From assembly GCA_963790305.1 (NCBI GenBank), contig CAWBOC010000002.1, positions 64,001 through 128,000 of the forward strand: a DNA stretch of 64,000 nucleotides, read 5' to 3'. This stretch comes from an uncultured Gemmatimonadaceae bacterium (lineage in GTDB: Bacteria; Gemmatimonadota; Gemmatimonadetes; Gemmatimonadales; Gemmatimonadaceae). Each line of letters starts with the position of its first letter. Positions within the stretch are counted from its first letter, which is position 1. A program made the translations under genes and the position numbers. The notes under the pieces were generated by a model. That model was given only the letters and a program-made list of their open reading frames with translations. It was not told the origin of the DNA and did not search any database. Shown here one piece after another: positions 43,045 to 53,300 of the stretch.

Positions 43045-44049
43045 ATGCGTTTTCCATCGATTCTGCTGACCGCCGCGATCCTTTCGACCGCCGTCGGGCG
43101 AACCGTCGCGGCGCAGGACACGACCCGCGCGCCGCGCCCCGATAGCGCCACCGTAGACTCGTCCACGGCGACGGCCACCACTCCGGCCACGGTCAAGAAG
43201 CCGGTCGCGACCCGGCCGCCGAGGCCCGCCCCGGTGTGGCCTGTCAAAGGTCCGCTCCCGCTTCCGGGATCGATCCTCCCGCACTCGCGGATCGTCGCGT
43301 TCTACGGGAACCCGCTTTCGAAGCGAATGGGTATCCTCGGCGCCCTTCCGCCCGAGCGCATGCTCGCCAAGCTCGACACCGTGGTCGCGGAGTGGCGTGC
43401 CGCCGATTCCCTCACGGTGGTTCAGCCGGCGCTGCATCTGATCGCGGTCGTCGCGCAGGCGGCGGCCGGCCGGGACGGGAAGTATCGCGCGCGCATGGCC
43501 GACACCCTGATCGACCGCGTGCTGGGCTGGGCGCAGACACGAAACGCCATCGTCTTCCTCGACATCCAGGTCGGGAAGAGCACGCTGCAGGACGAGCTGC
43601 CCCGGTTCGCGAAGTACCTCGCCCTGCCTAACGTCCACCTGGGCATCGACCCCGAATTCTCGATGAAACGTGGCGGACGCCCGGGCGAGCGCGTGGGCAC
43701 GTACGACGCGGCGGACATCAACTACGCCACATCGTTCCTTGCCGGCCTCGTGACGCAGCACAACTTGCCGCCGAAGGTGTTCGTCGTGCACCGGTTCACG
43801 CGGCCCATGGTCACGAATACGAGCAAGATCACGCTCGACCCTCGCGTGCAGATCGTAATGCACATGGACGGATGGGGATGGCCGTCGCTGAAGAAGGAAT
43901 CCTACCGGCGCTACATCTACCAGGAGCCCGTGCAGTTCACGGGATTCAAGCTCTTCTACCACAACGACACGAAGGCCGGCTACCCGCTGATGACACCGGC
44001 GCAGGTTCTCCTGCTCGAGCCCAGGCCGGTGTACATCCAGTACCAGTAA
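43045..44049 (+). CDS. Secreted conserved hypothetical protein
   Basis: Signal peptide, Pro/Thr linker, then globular domain (IVAFYGNP, LDIQVG, HLGIDPEF, MDGWG, GFKLFY). Confidence 0.8.
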   Translation: MRFPSILLTAAILSTAVGRTVAAQDTTRAPRPDSATVDSSTATATTPATVKKPVATRPPRPAPVWPVKGPLPLPGSILPHSRIVAFYGNPLSKRMGILGALPPERMLAKLDTVVAEWRAADSLTVVQPALHLIAVVAQAAAGRDGKYRARMADTLIDRVLGWAQTRNAIVFLDIQVGKSTLQDELPRFAKYLALPNVHLGIDPEFSMKRGGRPGERVGTYDAADINYATSFLAGLVTQHNLPPKVFVVHRFTRPMVTNTSKITLDPRVQIVMHMDGWGWPSLKKESYRRYIYQEPVQFTGFKLFYHNDTKAGYPLMTPAQVLLLEPRPVYIQYQ

Positions 44050-44070
44050 CCGTGCGTCCTGGAGCGCCGA

Positions 44071-44565
44071 ATGCTCGTCCTGCTCCGCCACGTGTTCGCG
44101 ATTCTCGTGCTGCCCGTCGTAATGGCCATCGTCGTTCCCAGCTGGCTGCTCACGCGATACGCCCTGGTTGATTCGCGATGGAGCGACGGCTCAGCGCTGA
44201 TGTGGCCAATGCGCGGGCTCGGCGCGATCCTCTTGCTCGCCGGATTTCTGCTATTCGCCTGGTGCGTGAGCCTGTTCGCGCGCGTGGGACAGGGGACGTT
44301 GGCGCCGTGGGATCCCACGCGACGCCTCGTCGCGGTCGGTCCCTACCGGTACATTCGCAACCCGATGATCACCGGCGTCGCGACCGTGCTGGCGGGATGG
44401 GCGGTCTTCACCGGATCGTGGGTGCTCGCCCTCTGGTTCCTCACCTTCGTCGCGTTCAATTCGGTGTACTTCGTGCTCGTGGAAGAGCCCGGGCTCGAGC
44501 ACCGGTTTGGCGCGCCCTACCGCGAATACAAGGCGCAGGTTCCCCGGTGGATTCCTCGCCGTTAG
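44071..44565 (+). CDS. Isoprenylcysteine carboxylmethyltransferase/PEMT family membrane protein
   Basis: GTLAPWDP, GPYRYIRNPM and EEP.L..RFG..Y..YK..VPRWIP motifs. Confidence 0.9.
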   Translation: MLVLLRHVFAILVLPVVMAIVVPSWLLTRYALVDSRWSDGSALMWPMRGLGAILLLAGFLLFAWCVSLFARVGQGTLAPWDPTRRLVAVGPYRYIRNPMITGVATVLAGWAVFTGSWVLALWFLTFVAFNSVYFVLVEEPGLEHRFGAPYREYKAQVPRWIPRR

Positions 44566-45989
44566 GCTGACAGCCGCGCCTTCGGCTCCATGGCGATGGG
44601 GAACCGGAGGCGAAAGCGAGCACCGCCCTCATCCCGGTTCTCGGCAGTGACGGTTCCGCCGTGCTCGGTGATGATCTCGCGTGCGATCCAGAGGCCGAGT
44701 CCCGTGCCCTTGCCGACGGGCTTGGTGGTGAAGAAGCGGTCGAAGACACGTTCCGCGACGCCGGGCGCGAAGCCCGGGCCCGTGTCCTCGACGCAGAGCC
44801 ACACCTGCGTGGGATCGCCGCCCGTCGTGATGCGGACGAGACGCGGACCGCTGCGGCCTTCCATCGCCTGCACGGCATTGATCACGAGATTGAGCACGAT
44901 CTGCTCGAGCCTGCTCGCGAATCCCCGGATCGTCGGCAGTCCTTCGGGAAGCTCGGACTGTATGGAAACGCGCTGGTCGCGCAGCAGCGGGCGGAGCACG
45001 GCGAGCGCCTGCGTCGCGACCCGCGACAGCGAGATGGCGTCGTCTCGGGCCTCACGCGGATGCGACACACGGAGGAGATCGCGAACGACCTCGGCGGTCC
45101 GCCGCGATTCCTTGATGATGCCGTCCACGTCCTCCCGCTGTGAGGCGGTCAGCGGCGTCGTCTTCAGCATCTCGGCGAGCATCGAGATGGAGGCGAGCGG
45201 GTTGTTGACCTCGTGGACGACCGTCGCCGCGAGCGTTCCCACGGCCGCCAGCTTGTCAGCCTCCTGGAGGCGAACCGCCAGCGCGCGCTCCTCGGCGTCG
45301 CGCTGTACCTGCGCCGTCAGGGCGCGCCGCAGCGTCTGCGCCTGACGAGCCGTCGCGTAGGTCGCGGCGCCCCCGGCGACGGCGAGGAAGAACATTCGCG
45401 CGCCTTCGTCGAACAGCGACGATCCCGCCATGACCGGGGTGTCGAGCGGGTTGCCCACGAGGACCAGCCGGCCGGTCACGACGAGAAGCGTGACGAGCGC
45501 TCCGTACTCGGCGATCGCCAGCGTCGAGACGCCAGCCGCACGGCGCCAGGAATTGGTGAGCGACTGAGCGGCGATGATCAGGGTGTACGCGAGGAACATC
45601 GGCGACTTCACCGCCAGCTCCGCGCGGCCGAACACCCCGTAGCCGGCGAGCAGCACGGTGAGCGCTGTCGTGTCCACTATGGCGTTCAGCGTCGAGAGCC
45701 ACCGGGGCGCTTGTCCCTTTCGGTGAAACACCAGCTGCTGGCCCGCCGTCCACAGCAGCATCGGGACGAGCACCGCCGCATTGACGCGGTTCAGGGACTG
45801 AGTTAGCCGAGTGGCGTACAGCGCGCTGGCGACGGCGAGCAGCACCAACACCACCGCGCGCACGCCATTGAGCACCCGCTCGCTGCGTACCCGCTCGACG
45901 TCGAGCAGGTGCGTGGTGAGCTGCGCGATAAGTGACGTGGGCGTGTCGGCAGCGGAGGGCTGCTGCCCGAATGCGGGTGGCGGGACCAT
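44562..45989 (-). CDS. Multi-TM sensor histidine kinase
   Basis: About 6 TM helices, HEVNNPL, NLVINA, DTGPG and FFTTKPVGKGTGLGL; start uncertain. Confidence 0.9.
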   Translation of the reverse strand: MVPPPAFGQQPSAADTPTSLIAQLTTHLLDVERVRSERVLNGVRAVVLVLLAVASALYATRLTQSLNRVNAAVLVPMLLWTAGQQLVFHRKGQAPRWLSTLNAIVDTTALTVLLAGYGVFGRAELAVKSPMFLAYTLIIAAQSLTNSWRRAAGVSTLAIAEYGALVTLLVVTGRLVLVGNPLDTPVMAGSSLFDEGARMFFLAVAGGAATYATARQAQTLRRALTAQVQRDAEERALAVRLQEADKLAAVGTLAATVVHEVNNPLASISMLAEMLKTTPLTASQREDVDGIIKESRRTAEVVRDLLRVSHPREARDDAISLSRVATQALAVLRPLLRDQRVSIQSELPEGLPTIRGFASRLEQIVLNLVINAVQAMEGRSGPRLVRITTGGDPTQVWLCVEDTGPGFAPGVAERVFDRFFTTKPVGKGTGLGLWIAREIITEHGGTVTAENRDEGGARFRLRFPIAMEPKARLSA

Positions 45990-46096
45990 CTCCGACGAAT
46001 GGACTGATGATCGCGAGCGAGGGTCACGCCTCGCATTGCGATTCGGGGCGCCGCGGAGCATCGTCAACACCATGCGAGGCTCGGCCAGCGGAGCGT

Positions 46097-46285
46097 TTGA
46101 AATGCGAGCGGTGCAGCGCACGGCTCGGGCTGTCCGGAGGGACGGTCTGCTCCGGATGCCGCGAGCTGTTGTGCGGCCGACACTTCGGCCCGGGAACGGG
46201 GTCGCTGTGCGACGCCTGCCGCAACCCGCTTCGCCGCCGCCGAAGCCTCCTCCGGCCGTGGATACGTACCCGCGGCGCTGGTTAG
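46097..46285 (+). CDS. Small Cys-rich zinc-finger-like protein (62 aa)
   Basis: GGAG then TTG; CERC...CSGC...CGRH...CDAC; occupies an otherwise empty gap. Confidence 0.55.
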   Translation: MKCERCSARLGLSGGTVCSGCRELLCGRHFGPGTGSLCDACRNPLRRRRSLLRPWIRTRGAG

Positions 46286-46296
46286 CGCGAGAGCCG

Positions 46297-46722
46297 CTAC
46301 GTTCCCTTCGGCTTCAATCGTTTCACGTTACGAAGCGCTTCCTGTTGCTCCGGCGTCAGCAGGTTCTTGATGCGAACGAGGAGCGCCATGTGCGCTCGCT
46401 TGATCTCTCGCTCGATCTCCAGGACGCGGTCCACCTGCGCCAGCGTCTGCGCCTCATCGACCCTCGCGCCCTTCACGAGCTCCGTCAGCTTCTGTGCCTC
46501 ATCCTGCATCTTCCACTGGAGATCGACGACCTTGAGCTGCAAGTCCCGAATCGACTGCGTGATGGATGTCCGTTGCTCCGGCGTGAGGCGGAGGTTCTGC
46601 TGGTGCTGCATCACCAGCTCGGGTGGATAGAGGTGCTTCGCGAAGTCCGGCTCTGGTTCCTGCGCGGCCAATGGGGTCGCGATGAGCAGCAGAAGGATCG
46701 CGTATCGGCGTGAATGCATCAT
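46297..46722 (-). CDS. Spy/CpxP/ZraP-like periplasmic protein
   Basis: Signal peptide; LTPEQ motif twice. Confidence 0.82.
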   Translation of the reverse strand: MMHSRRYAILLLLIATPLAAQEPEPDFAKHLYPPELVMQHQQNLRLTPEQRTSITQSIRDLQLKVVDLQWKMQDEAQKLTELVKGARVDEAQTLAQVDRVLEIEREIKRAHMALLVRIKNLLTPEQQEALRNVKRLKPKGT

Positions 46723-47105
46723 GACGGATTCCTTTGAGAACGTGTGGATTCTGAGGCGGGCGAACGGCCCCGCAGGTCTATCGGCGTCCAGTCGTCAGGC
46801 GATCCTACCGATGGCACCGATCGCAGCAGCTCGCTTCCCGGCGTGACCAGGAGAAAGTCCGTAGGCGACCGCCAGGCCGCCGCTCCAAGGTCCACGACCT
46901 GATGTACCATGCTCCGCGGCGTCCGATCTGGTCGCGCGAGCGGGAGTGCGATGAGGACGATGGCTGCCGCCACGGCCACCCGCGCTCCCCGCCCCCATCG
47001 CGGCGCCTCCCGGGCGATCGGCGCCCGAAAGGGCGGAATGCGAGCGCGATCTTCCTGTTTCAGTCGAGCGAACGCCTCACGGAGATCGCGATCGTCGTCA
47101 TTCAT
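46719..47105 (-). CDS. Putative single-TM anti-sigma factor
   Basis: Coupled to the ECF sigma gene; one TM helix; WRSPTDFLL motif. Confidence 0.65.
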   Translation of the reverse strand: MNDDDRDLREAFARLKQEDRARIPPFRAPIAREAPRWGRGARVAVAAAIVLIALPLARPDRTPRSMVHQVVDLGAAAWRSPTDFLLVTPGSELLRSVPSVGSPDDWTPIDLRGRSPASESTRSQRNPS

Positions 47106-47614
47106 CGGTGATCCTCCACCGTGAGCAGATCGCGAAGCCGCTGCTTGCCGCGCTCGTAATGCGTGCGCGCCGTGCCGATCGAGATGCCCATCACACCGGC
47201 GGCTTCAGCGATGGTCAGGTCCTGGTAGAACACGAGATGCAGCAGCTGCCGTTGCCGAGTGGTCAAGGTCGCCAGTGCGCCGACGAGCCGGGCCGCCGAT
47301 TCCGAGTGAACGACCACCGTTGCCGGGTCGGCCGATGGGTCGGCGCGATCGGTCAGCGACGTGGATCGAAACCGTTGCAGTGCGCGCCACCGACGGTGCT
47401 CCGCGGCTGTTCGCCGAATGACCCCGAAGAGCCAGGTCTTGAGGCTCGAGCGCGACGCGAAGACAGCCCGCCCATCCAGCACCTTGAGATAGCTCGTCTG
47501 CAACACGTCCTCCGCTTCGGTACGATCTCGGCCGCAGCACGCCATCGCCCAGGCGAAGCAGTCGGCATGGTGTCGCTCGAGCTCCGATTCGACGTTTGCC
47601 CGCGCGATCTCCAA
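47102..47614 (-). CDS. ECF RNA polymerase sigma factor
   Basis: AEDVLQ, SSLKTWLFGV and region 4 (LTIAEAA.VMG.S.GT.RTH); TTG start after GGAG. Confidence 0.92.
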   Translation of the reverse strand: MEIARANVESELERHHADCFAWAMACCGRDRTEAEDVLQTSYLKVLDGRAVFASRSSLKTWLFGVIRRTAAEHRRWRALQRFRSTSLTDRADPSADPATVVVHSESAARLVGALATLTTRQRQLLHLVFYQDLTIAEAAGVMGISIGTARTHYERGKQRLRDLLTVEDHR

Positions 47615-47760
47615 ATGCGTTCTCCGGGAGCCAATGGCGTCCTGGGAATGTGTGGGCGGACGGCCCAGCCTATATGACGGAAGGAATTCCGAAGCGCCAT
47701 CTCTGGCGAGCGGAGCGCGCCGGGCTAATTTTCCCGGCAGACCGAACCGGAGAGGCCGTG

Positions 47761-47937
47761 ATGAAGCGCAAGCACCGCCCCGTCATTCCGAAATTCGGGC
47801 GTAGTCCGGCGCCGAAGTCCGAGCGTCCACGCCCCGACGGCGACGTGCCATCGCCCGTGAAACCCGTCGTGCCGGCACGCGTGCAGGTCGTCAAGCCGCA
47901 TTCCACGTCAATGAAGTCCGGGCGCCGCGGCTCGTAG
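47761..47937 (+). CDS. Small basic Pro/Lys/Arg-rich protein (58 aa)
   Basis: GGAGAGG RBS, ATG and GC3-rich codons. Confidence 0.55.
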   Translation: MKRKHRPVIPKFGRSPAPKSERPRPDGDVPSPVKPVVPARVQVVKPHSTSMKSGRRGS

Positions 47938-47942
47938 GCCTC

Positions 47943-48018
47943 AGGGTGCTCGAGGTGCTCAGGGTGCTCCAGGTGCGGCGGCCTGTCACTCGAGCACCTC
48001 GAGCACCTCGAGCACCTG
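47943..48018. repeat. Inverted tandem-repeat hairpin: (GAGGTGCTC-like)x~4, loop, (GAGCACCTC)x3
   Basis: Read directly; fills the gap between stop 47937 and ATG 48022. Confidence 0.9.
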
Positions 48019-48021
48019 TAA

Positions 48022-48603
48022 ATGAATTCCGGCCTTCGCGACGAGCTGCTTCGCATGGACGCGCGCGATCAGACGGTGCGCGCGGAGCTCGCCGCTGACG
48101 GCTCACTTTTCAAGGGGTATCACCCGCGGATGGAAGCGGTGCACCGCGAGCACGCCGCGCGGCTGCGCGACATCATCCTCCGCGTGGGGTGGCCGGGCGA
48201 AAAGCTCGTCGGGAAGGACGGGGCGCATGCGGCGTGGCGCATCGCGCAGCACTCGATCGGCGAGCCCGCCTTCATGCGCGCCTGTCGAAAGCTGCTCGAC
48301 GAAGCGTCTCAGAGTGGCGATGCGCCGCGGTGGCAGTTCGCGATGATGGACGATCGCATTCGCGCCTTCGAAGGCGTGCCGCAGCGGTTTGGCTCCCAGC
48401 TCCGCGAGACGACTAACGGCCTCGCCCCCTACCCACTCGAGGATGTGAGCAAGGTCGAGGAGTGGCGGGCCGAGGTCGGCCTGCCGCGCCTCGGCGAGCT
48501 GCTGTCGGGGCTTCGTGAGAATCCCCCTCCAACTGCGGATGAGGTCGCCGCCAACAATGTCGCGGAGCTCGAGTGGCGTCGCAGGGTGGGCTGGATCGGC
48601 TGA
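48022..48603 (+). CDS. DUF6624-like protein
   Basis: LL.M..RDQ.VR, GWPG..LVG.DGA.AAW.IAQH and DRI....PQRFGSQ motifs. Confidence 0.85.
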   Translation: MNSGLRDELLRMDARDQTVRAELAADGSLFKGYHPRMEAVHREHAARLRDIILRVGWPGEKLVGKDGAHAAWRIAQHSIGEPAFMRACRKLLDEASQSGDAPRWQFAMMDDRIRAFEGVPQRFGSQLRETTNGLAPYPLEDVSKVEEWRAEVGLPRLGELLSGLRENPPPTADEVAANNVAELEWRRRVGWIG

Positions 48604-48605
48604 GC

Positions 48606-49160
48606 TCACCAGCCCTGTTCGTCGACGTATTCGGTGGTCGTGCTCTTCGGCATCATGAACATGAAGGCGCCGTACATCGCGTACATGATCTTCGCCTTCG
48701 TTGGAAGATCGCCCGTCTCCAGCTCCTGCTTGAGGAGACCGAGGATCTCCCTCCATCCGGCAGCGACTTTCTCCGGCGCTTTGTGCGCGGTCGTCCAGCC
48801 AGAGTGGGTAATGGTGACGCGGCACCCGCCGGCTTCCTCCTGAAGCTCCCAGGTCACGAGCGTGAAGGGTGACACGCTGCTCGTGAACATGTAGGTGTGC
48901 GAAAACTTGCGCGGCGGCTCGACGGCCACCACTTCGCCCACGATGAAGACGCGCTTCCGGTCCGGGCTGTAGTAGCGAAGCCGGCTCCCCGGTTTGAGCT
49001 CACTCTCGAGCACGGTGTTGTAGAGCGCGCGCTGGATCTTCCCCGTTTTGGTGATCTCATCCCACACGCGGTGCACCGGCACGGCAATGTGGATGGAGAC
49101 GACGTGATCGGGCAGGGGAGTGCCGGCAGCCGCGGGCTTGGATCCTGTCGGAGTGGTCAT
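48606..49160 (-). CDS. SRPBCC/AHSA1-like (START-fold) protein
   Basis: RVWDEIT, GEVVAVEPPRK, VTITH and GW..IL..LK..LETG motifs. Confidence 0.88.
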   Translation of the reverse strand: MTTPTGSKPAAAGTPLPDHVVSIHIAVPVHRVWDEITKTGKIQRALYNTVLESELKPGSRLRYYSPDRKRVFIVGEVVAVEPPRKFSHTYMFTSSVSPFTLVTWELQEEAGGCRVTITHSGWTTAHKAPEKVAAGWREILGLLKQELETGDLPTKAKIMYAMYGAFMFMMPKSTTTEYVDEQGW

Positions 49161-49504
49161 GCGCGCTCCTTGCGCGTTTGGGTCTCCAGCTCGTCCCGCA
49201 GACTGACCAGCGCCTCGGTCCACGGTCTCGTGTAGCGCGACACCCACCGGTCGACCACCTGCTGGATGGGAACGGGATTCAGATAGTTGTACCGCTCGCG
49301 CCCGTCGCGCCTCGGGATCACGAGGTCGGCATCCTCGAGCACCCGCAAATGCTGCATGACAGCGAATCGCGTGAGCTTGGGAAAGCGCTCGGCGATCGAT
49401 CCGGTCGTGAGGGGACCCTCTCGCAGATGATCGAGGATCGCTCGGCGAGTCGAGCTCGAGAGCGCCTTCCACACGGGGGCGAGAGGATCGCGGCGTCGGG
49501 GCAT
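49157..49504 (-). CDS. ArsR/SmtB family transcriptional regulator
   Basis: KALSSSTRRAILD.L, TRFAVMQHL.VLE.A.LV and GRER.NYLNPVP motifs. Confidence 0.92.
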   Translation of the reverse strand: MPRRRDPLAPVWKALSSSTRRAILDHLREGPLTTGSIAERFPKLTRFAVMQHLRVLEDADLVIPRRDGRERYNYLNPVPIQQVVDRWVSRYTRPWTEALVSLRDELETQTRKERA

Positions 49505-49593
49505 TCGGGAACGGCAAAGATGACGGAGTTCAGAATATCTGCGTGGCCCCGCGGCTCAAGCCCAACCGGAACCATCGCGAAGCCCAGCCTTGC

Positions 49594-49617
49594 ATATGTG
49601 ATAATAATGTCACATAT
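49594..49617. promoter_or_regulatory. Palindromic operator ATATGTGA-N8-TCACATAT, probable ArsR site
   Basis: Perfect 8-bp AT-rich inverted repeat between the divergent ArsR and membrane protein genes. Confidence 0.65.
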
Positions 49618-49663
49618 TCATTCCGTCAATGGTGGCGACGACATTCAACGGAAGAGGTGTACA

Positions 49664-50074
49664 ATGGGGAAGATCGGACGAACCATTCTCGCGGTGCTGG
49701 CCGGCGCCATCGTGTGGGCGGTGCTGTGGGTCGGCGGAACGCAGGCCGCGCAACGGGCCTTTCCGGCCCTGCTCGCTGTGGGACAGCCCGTCACCAATGT
49801 CGGCGCGCTCGTCGGGCTCATCCTCTATAGCGTCGCGTTGTCCGTTCTCGCCGGGTACGTGACGGCAACGGTTGCGTCGAGGGAGCCCCTGCCGGCCGTG
49901 AGAGCGCTGGCGATTGTCCAGCTCGTGCTTGGCCTCGGGTTCGAGGTCTCGGCGTGGAGTCTCACGCCGGTGTGGTACCACCTCGTGTTCCTGGCGCTGA
50001 TCGTCCCGGCGACGATCTACGGAGGCCGGCTCCGCGTTAGGCGCGGCGGGGCTGCGGCGCTGCTGCCCGTGTAA
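49664..50074 (+). CDS. Small 4-TM membrane protein
   Basis: GAGG RBS; hydrophobic ORF with PVWYHLVFL motif. Confidence 0.78.
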   Translation: MGKIGRTILAVLAGAIVWAVLWVGGTQAAQRAFPALLAVGQPVTNVGALVGLILYSVALSVLAGYVTATVASREPLPAVRALAIVQLVLGLGFEVSAWSLTPVWYHLVFLALIVPATIYGGRLRVRRGGAAALLPV

Positions 50075-50335
50075 GGCCAGGGCTGCGACGGCGGCCGGTC
50101 GGGCGACGGCCCGATTCCCTGGCCGCCGTCCGCGCACGCCTGTTTCGGACGCGAATCAACCCTCGTTGCAGCGAACAGGCCCCGGCACCCGTGTTCTCGC
50201 TGCGTCCGAGCAAAGCCCGAACTCGTTTCGACTACGCCTTTGAAATCGTCTGAACAAGTGTATCGAGCACGGTCTATCCACTGACATGTGACGGGGTTGC
50301 TCCCGTCCTCAGCGCCTCCCGTCTTGCGTCGAGTC

Positions 50336-53300
50336 ATGCCGCATCGCGCTCGTCGATTTTCTGTGCATGCACTCGCCACGGCGCTCGCGCGCTTCTCGGC
50401 GGCGATGGCAACCGTCGCGGCCACGGCCACCTGTGATGGCGCCAACGTCCTCGGGCCCGTCGGTGTCAACGAGCTCGAGCTCGAGTGGCTCAGCGATACC
50501 CTCCTCTTCGTCGAGAGCCGAGTAGCGCCGGTCCTCCGCATAACGAGCGGCGGCGCCGCGGTGAGCGATTCCCGGGTCATCTTCACCAGCGACAATCCCG
50601 AGATCGTCGCCGTGTCGCCGGCCGGTGATTCGATTCATGCGCGACGCCTCGGCACGACCGAAATGACGATTCGCGTGCTCGGGTCGCTCTTTCCGGAAGA
50701 AGGCGAATCCTGGCGCCGAACGCTGCGAGTGGTGCTCAAGGATCTCCAGCTCGACCGGTCCCTCGTGGGCCTTACCAGCGTGGGCGACACCGCGACAATC
50801 CACGCGATGCCGTTAGGTGCGGACGATCAGATCATCAATGTCCCGGTGACGTGGCGGTCCCTCGACACCAACAGGGTCTCGGTGACCGACGGACGGCTCA
50901 CCGCGCGCGGCACCGGCGCGACCGAGGTCCAGGCCATCGTGGCGGGGGATACCGCTCGCGCGGCGGTGACCGTCGAGCAGCGCCTGTCGAGCTTCGTCCT
51001 CTCGCCGGAGGCCGCCACTCTGCGCAGCATCGGCGAAGAAGTGACCATCACCGCGACCCCCGTCGACAACAACGGGGCACCGGTGCCCGGGGTGACTCCG
51101 TTCTGGGAGAGCGGGGATGCCTCAGTGGCACGTGTCGATGACGCCGGGCGCGTCACCGCGATCGGCGGGGGCATAACAATGATTTACGCCTTCAAGGGTC
51201 CCGTGCGGTCGGGAGCGCGAGTGCAAGTCACGAACGACCCGGCCACGATCGCGATCGACCCGTCGGCGGACACCCTCACGAGGCCCGGCCAGCAGCTCGT
51301 CTACACGGCGGTCGTTCGCAACGCCCAGGGCGTGCCGATCGCCAACTATCCAACGGCCTGGCGCTCTGACAACCCCGCTGTCGCGTCCGTCACGGCCACG
51401 GGCACGGTCACATCCGTGGCGGCGGGCGCCGCGCGCATCATCGGCGAAGCAGGCACCATCGCCGATACGGTCGCGCTGGTGGTTCGCGACCTCACCGTGC
51501 TCCACGTCGACAACGCCTCCAATGCCCAGCCGCGCATCGGCACCCACGCCCGACCGTTCGCCACCATTCAGGCTGCGCTCGCCGACGCGACCTCGGGTGA
51601 CACGATCGCCCTGCGTCCGGGCAACCGACCGTATGCCGAGTCTCCGGCGCTCAGTGGACAAATCTCGCTGATCGGGAACGACTCCGCCTATCGAGCGAAT
51701 GGCAGCAACAACGCCGCCCTCCTCCCGACGATCTCGCACGAGACTGGTGCCGCCGCAATCGCCGTTTCCGCCGGGTCGTCGGTGTTGCTCCGCCATGTCG
51801 CCATCCGGCACATGGTCGATGGGCCAGCGATCGACGCCAATGGCGCCGGGGTGCGCATTGAGAACGTACACGTCAATCCTGGCCAGACGTCCAGAGTTGG
51901 TCGTGGTTTCCGCATTGCGAACGCCACGGGAGCGGTGATCAGCGATAGCCGCGTGAACGCCGTCGTCGGCTACGGGATACTGCTGTCGAACGTGAGCACT
52001 GGTCTCGTCTCACGCGTTCAGGTCGTTGGCGTCGATTCCGTCGCCGGAGCCAACGGTGAGGGAATTCGCGTCGTCCGCGGTTTTGGGAACGCCGTCGAGC
52101 TGAGCGCGGTCGCGTCGACGGCCGGACCACGCATCCTCCTCGACTCGACGTCTGGTGCCCGTGCTACCGGCGACACGCTGGCGGGCCGCCACCGCCTGCT
52201 GCGCGTTCGCGCTGCGACGGGCGCGACGGTGATCGCGAACAACGTGTTCTCGCTCAACCAGCAGGCGACCGATCCGCCCTCTGGCGGAAGCGCCGTGGAT
52301 GGACGCGCGGCGCTGGAGATTCTCGAGTCTGGCGGCGTGACGCTCAGCGGCAACTCGTTCGCCGAGGCGGGGAGTACGGCGATGGACGCGATTCGTCTCG
52401 TGGATGCGCGGGGTGCGGGGATAACGATCTCCGCGAGCCGGTTCAACGGCGGCAGATTCCATATCCGGTCGACGCGCTCGACCTGGGCGCTCAGCGGCTC
52501 CCTGCTCGAGAATGCGGTGCGCGCCATCGTCGCCGAAGAGGCGGACACGATCGCAATGACCTCCGATACCCTGCGCAGTGGGCAAGGTCGAGGGTGCGTC
52601 GACGTTCGCGGCTCGTCATCGATCTCCGTCATCGACGGCTGGCTCGCCAATTGTACGGCTGCGACGGCCGATACCGGGATGGCGGCGATCACGGTCGATG
52701 GATCGGGGGCGACACTGACGGTTCGCGGCACGCGCTTCACCGGCGCGAACGAGACCGCCATCGCGTTCACGGGTGCCGTGCTCACGGTGCAGAACGCGTC
52801 GCTCTCCGGCGCGGGCACCCGCACTGTCCCGACTCTCCGCTGGCCAGCGGCCATCACGGCCACCGCGAGCTCCGCCGACGTGACCGGGTCGAGCATCGTC
52901 GACTACCGGTTGCTCAATGGCGCATCGCTGCGGGCCGGGAGCGTTCGCTTCGAGGGGAATCGTGTCTGGCGTCAGCGGCGTGGCCTCGAGGTCGCGCAGT
53001 GGGTCACGGCCAGCATCGCGAACAACGACTTCGCCGACCATGAAGTGTCGGCGCTGGTGAACGCCGAGGCGGCGGTGCTCAGTGCCCAGCCTAACTGGTG
53101 GGGCGACGGGCGCGGTCCGCGTCGCTCCGTCGCGCCCGACGCGGTGGGTGATAGCGTCGTCGGCGCGGTCAACTTCGGCACCCCGGCGGCAGCGCCACAG
53201 TTCCCGGGCGCCGCAGCCTCGGAAGATTCGCTCCGGATCGTGCGCGGGAGCGGCCAATCGGCGTTGCGCGGAACGACGCTGCCGCAGCGCCTGACCGTTC

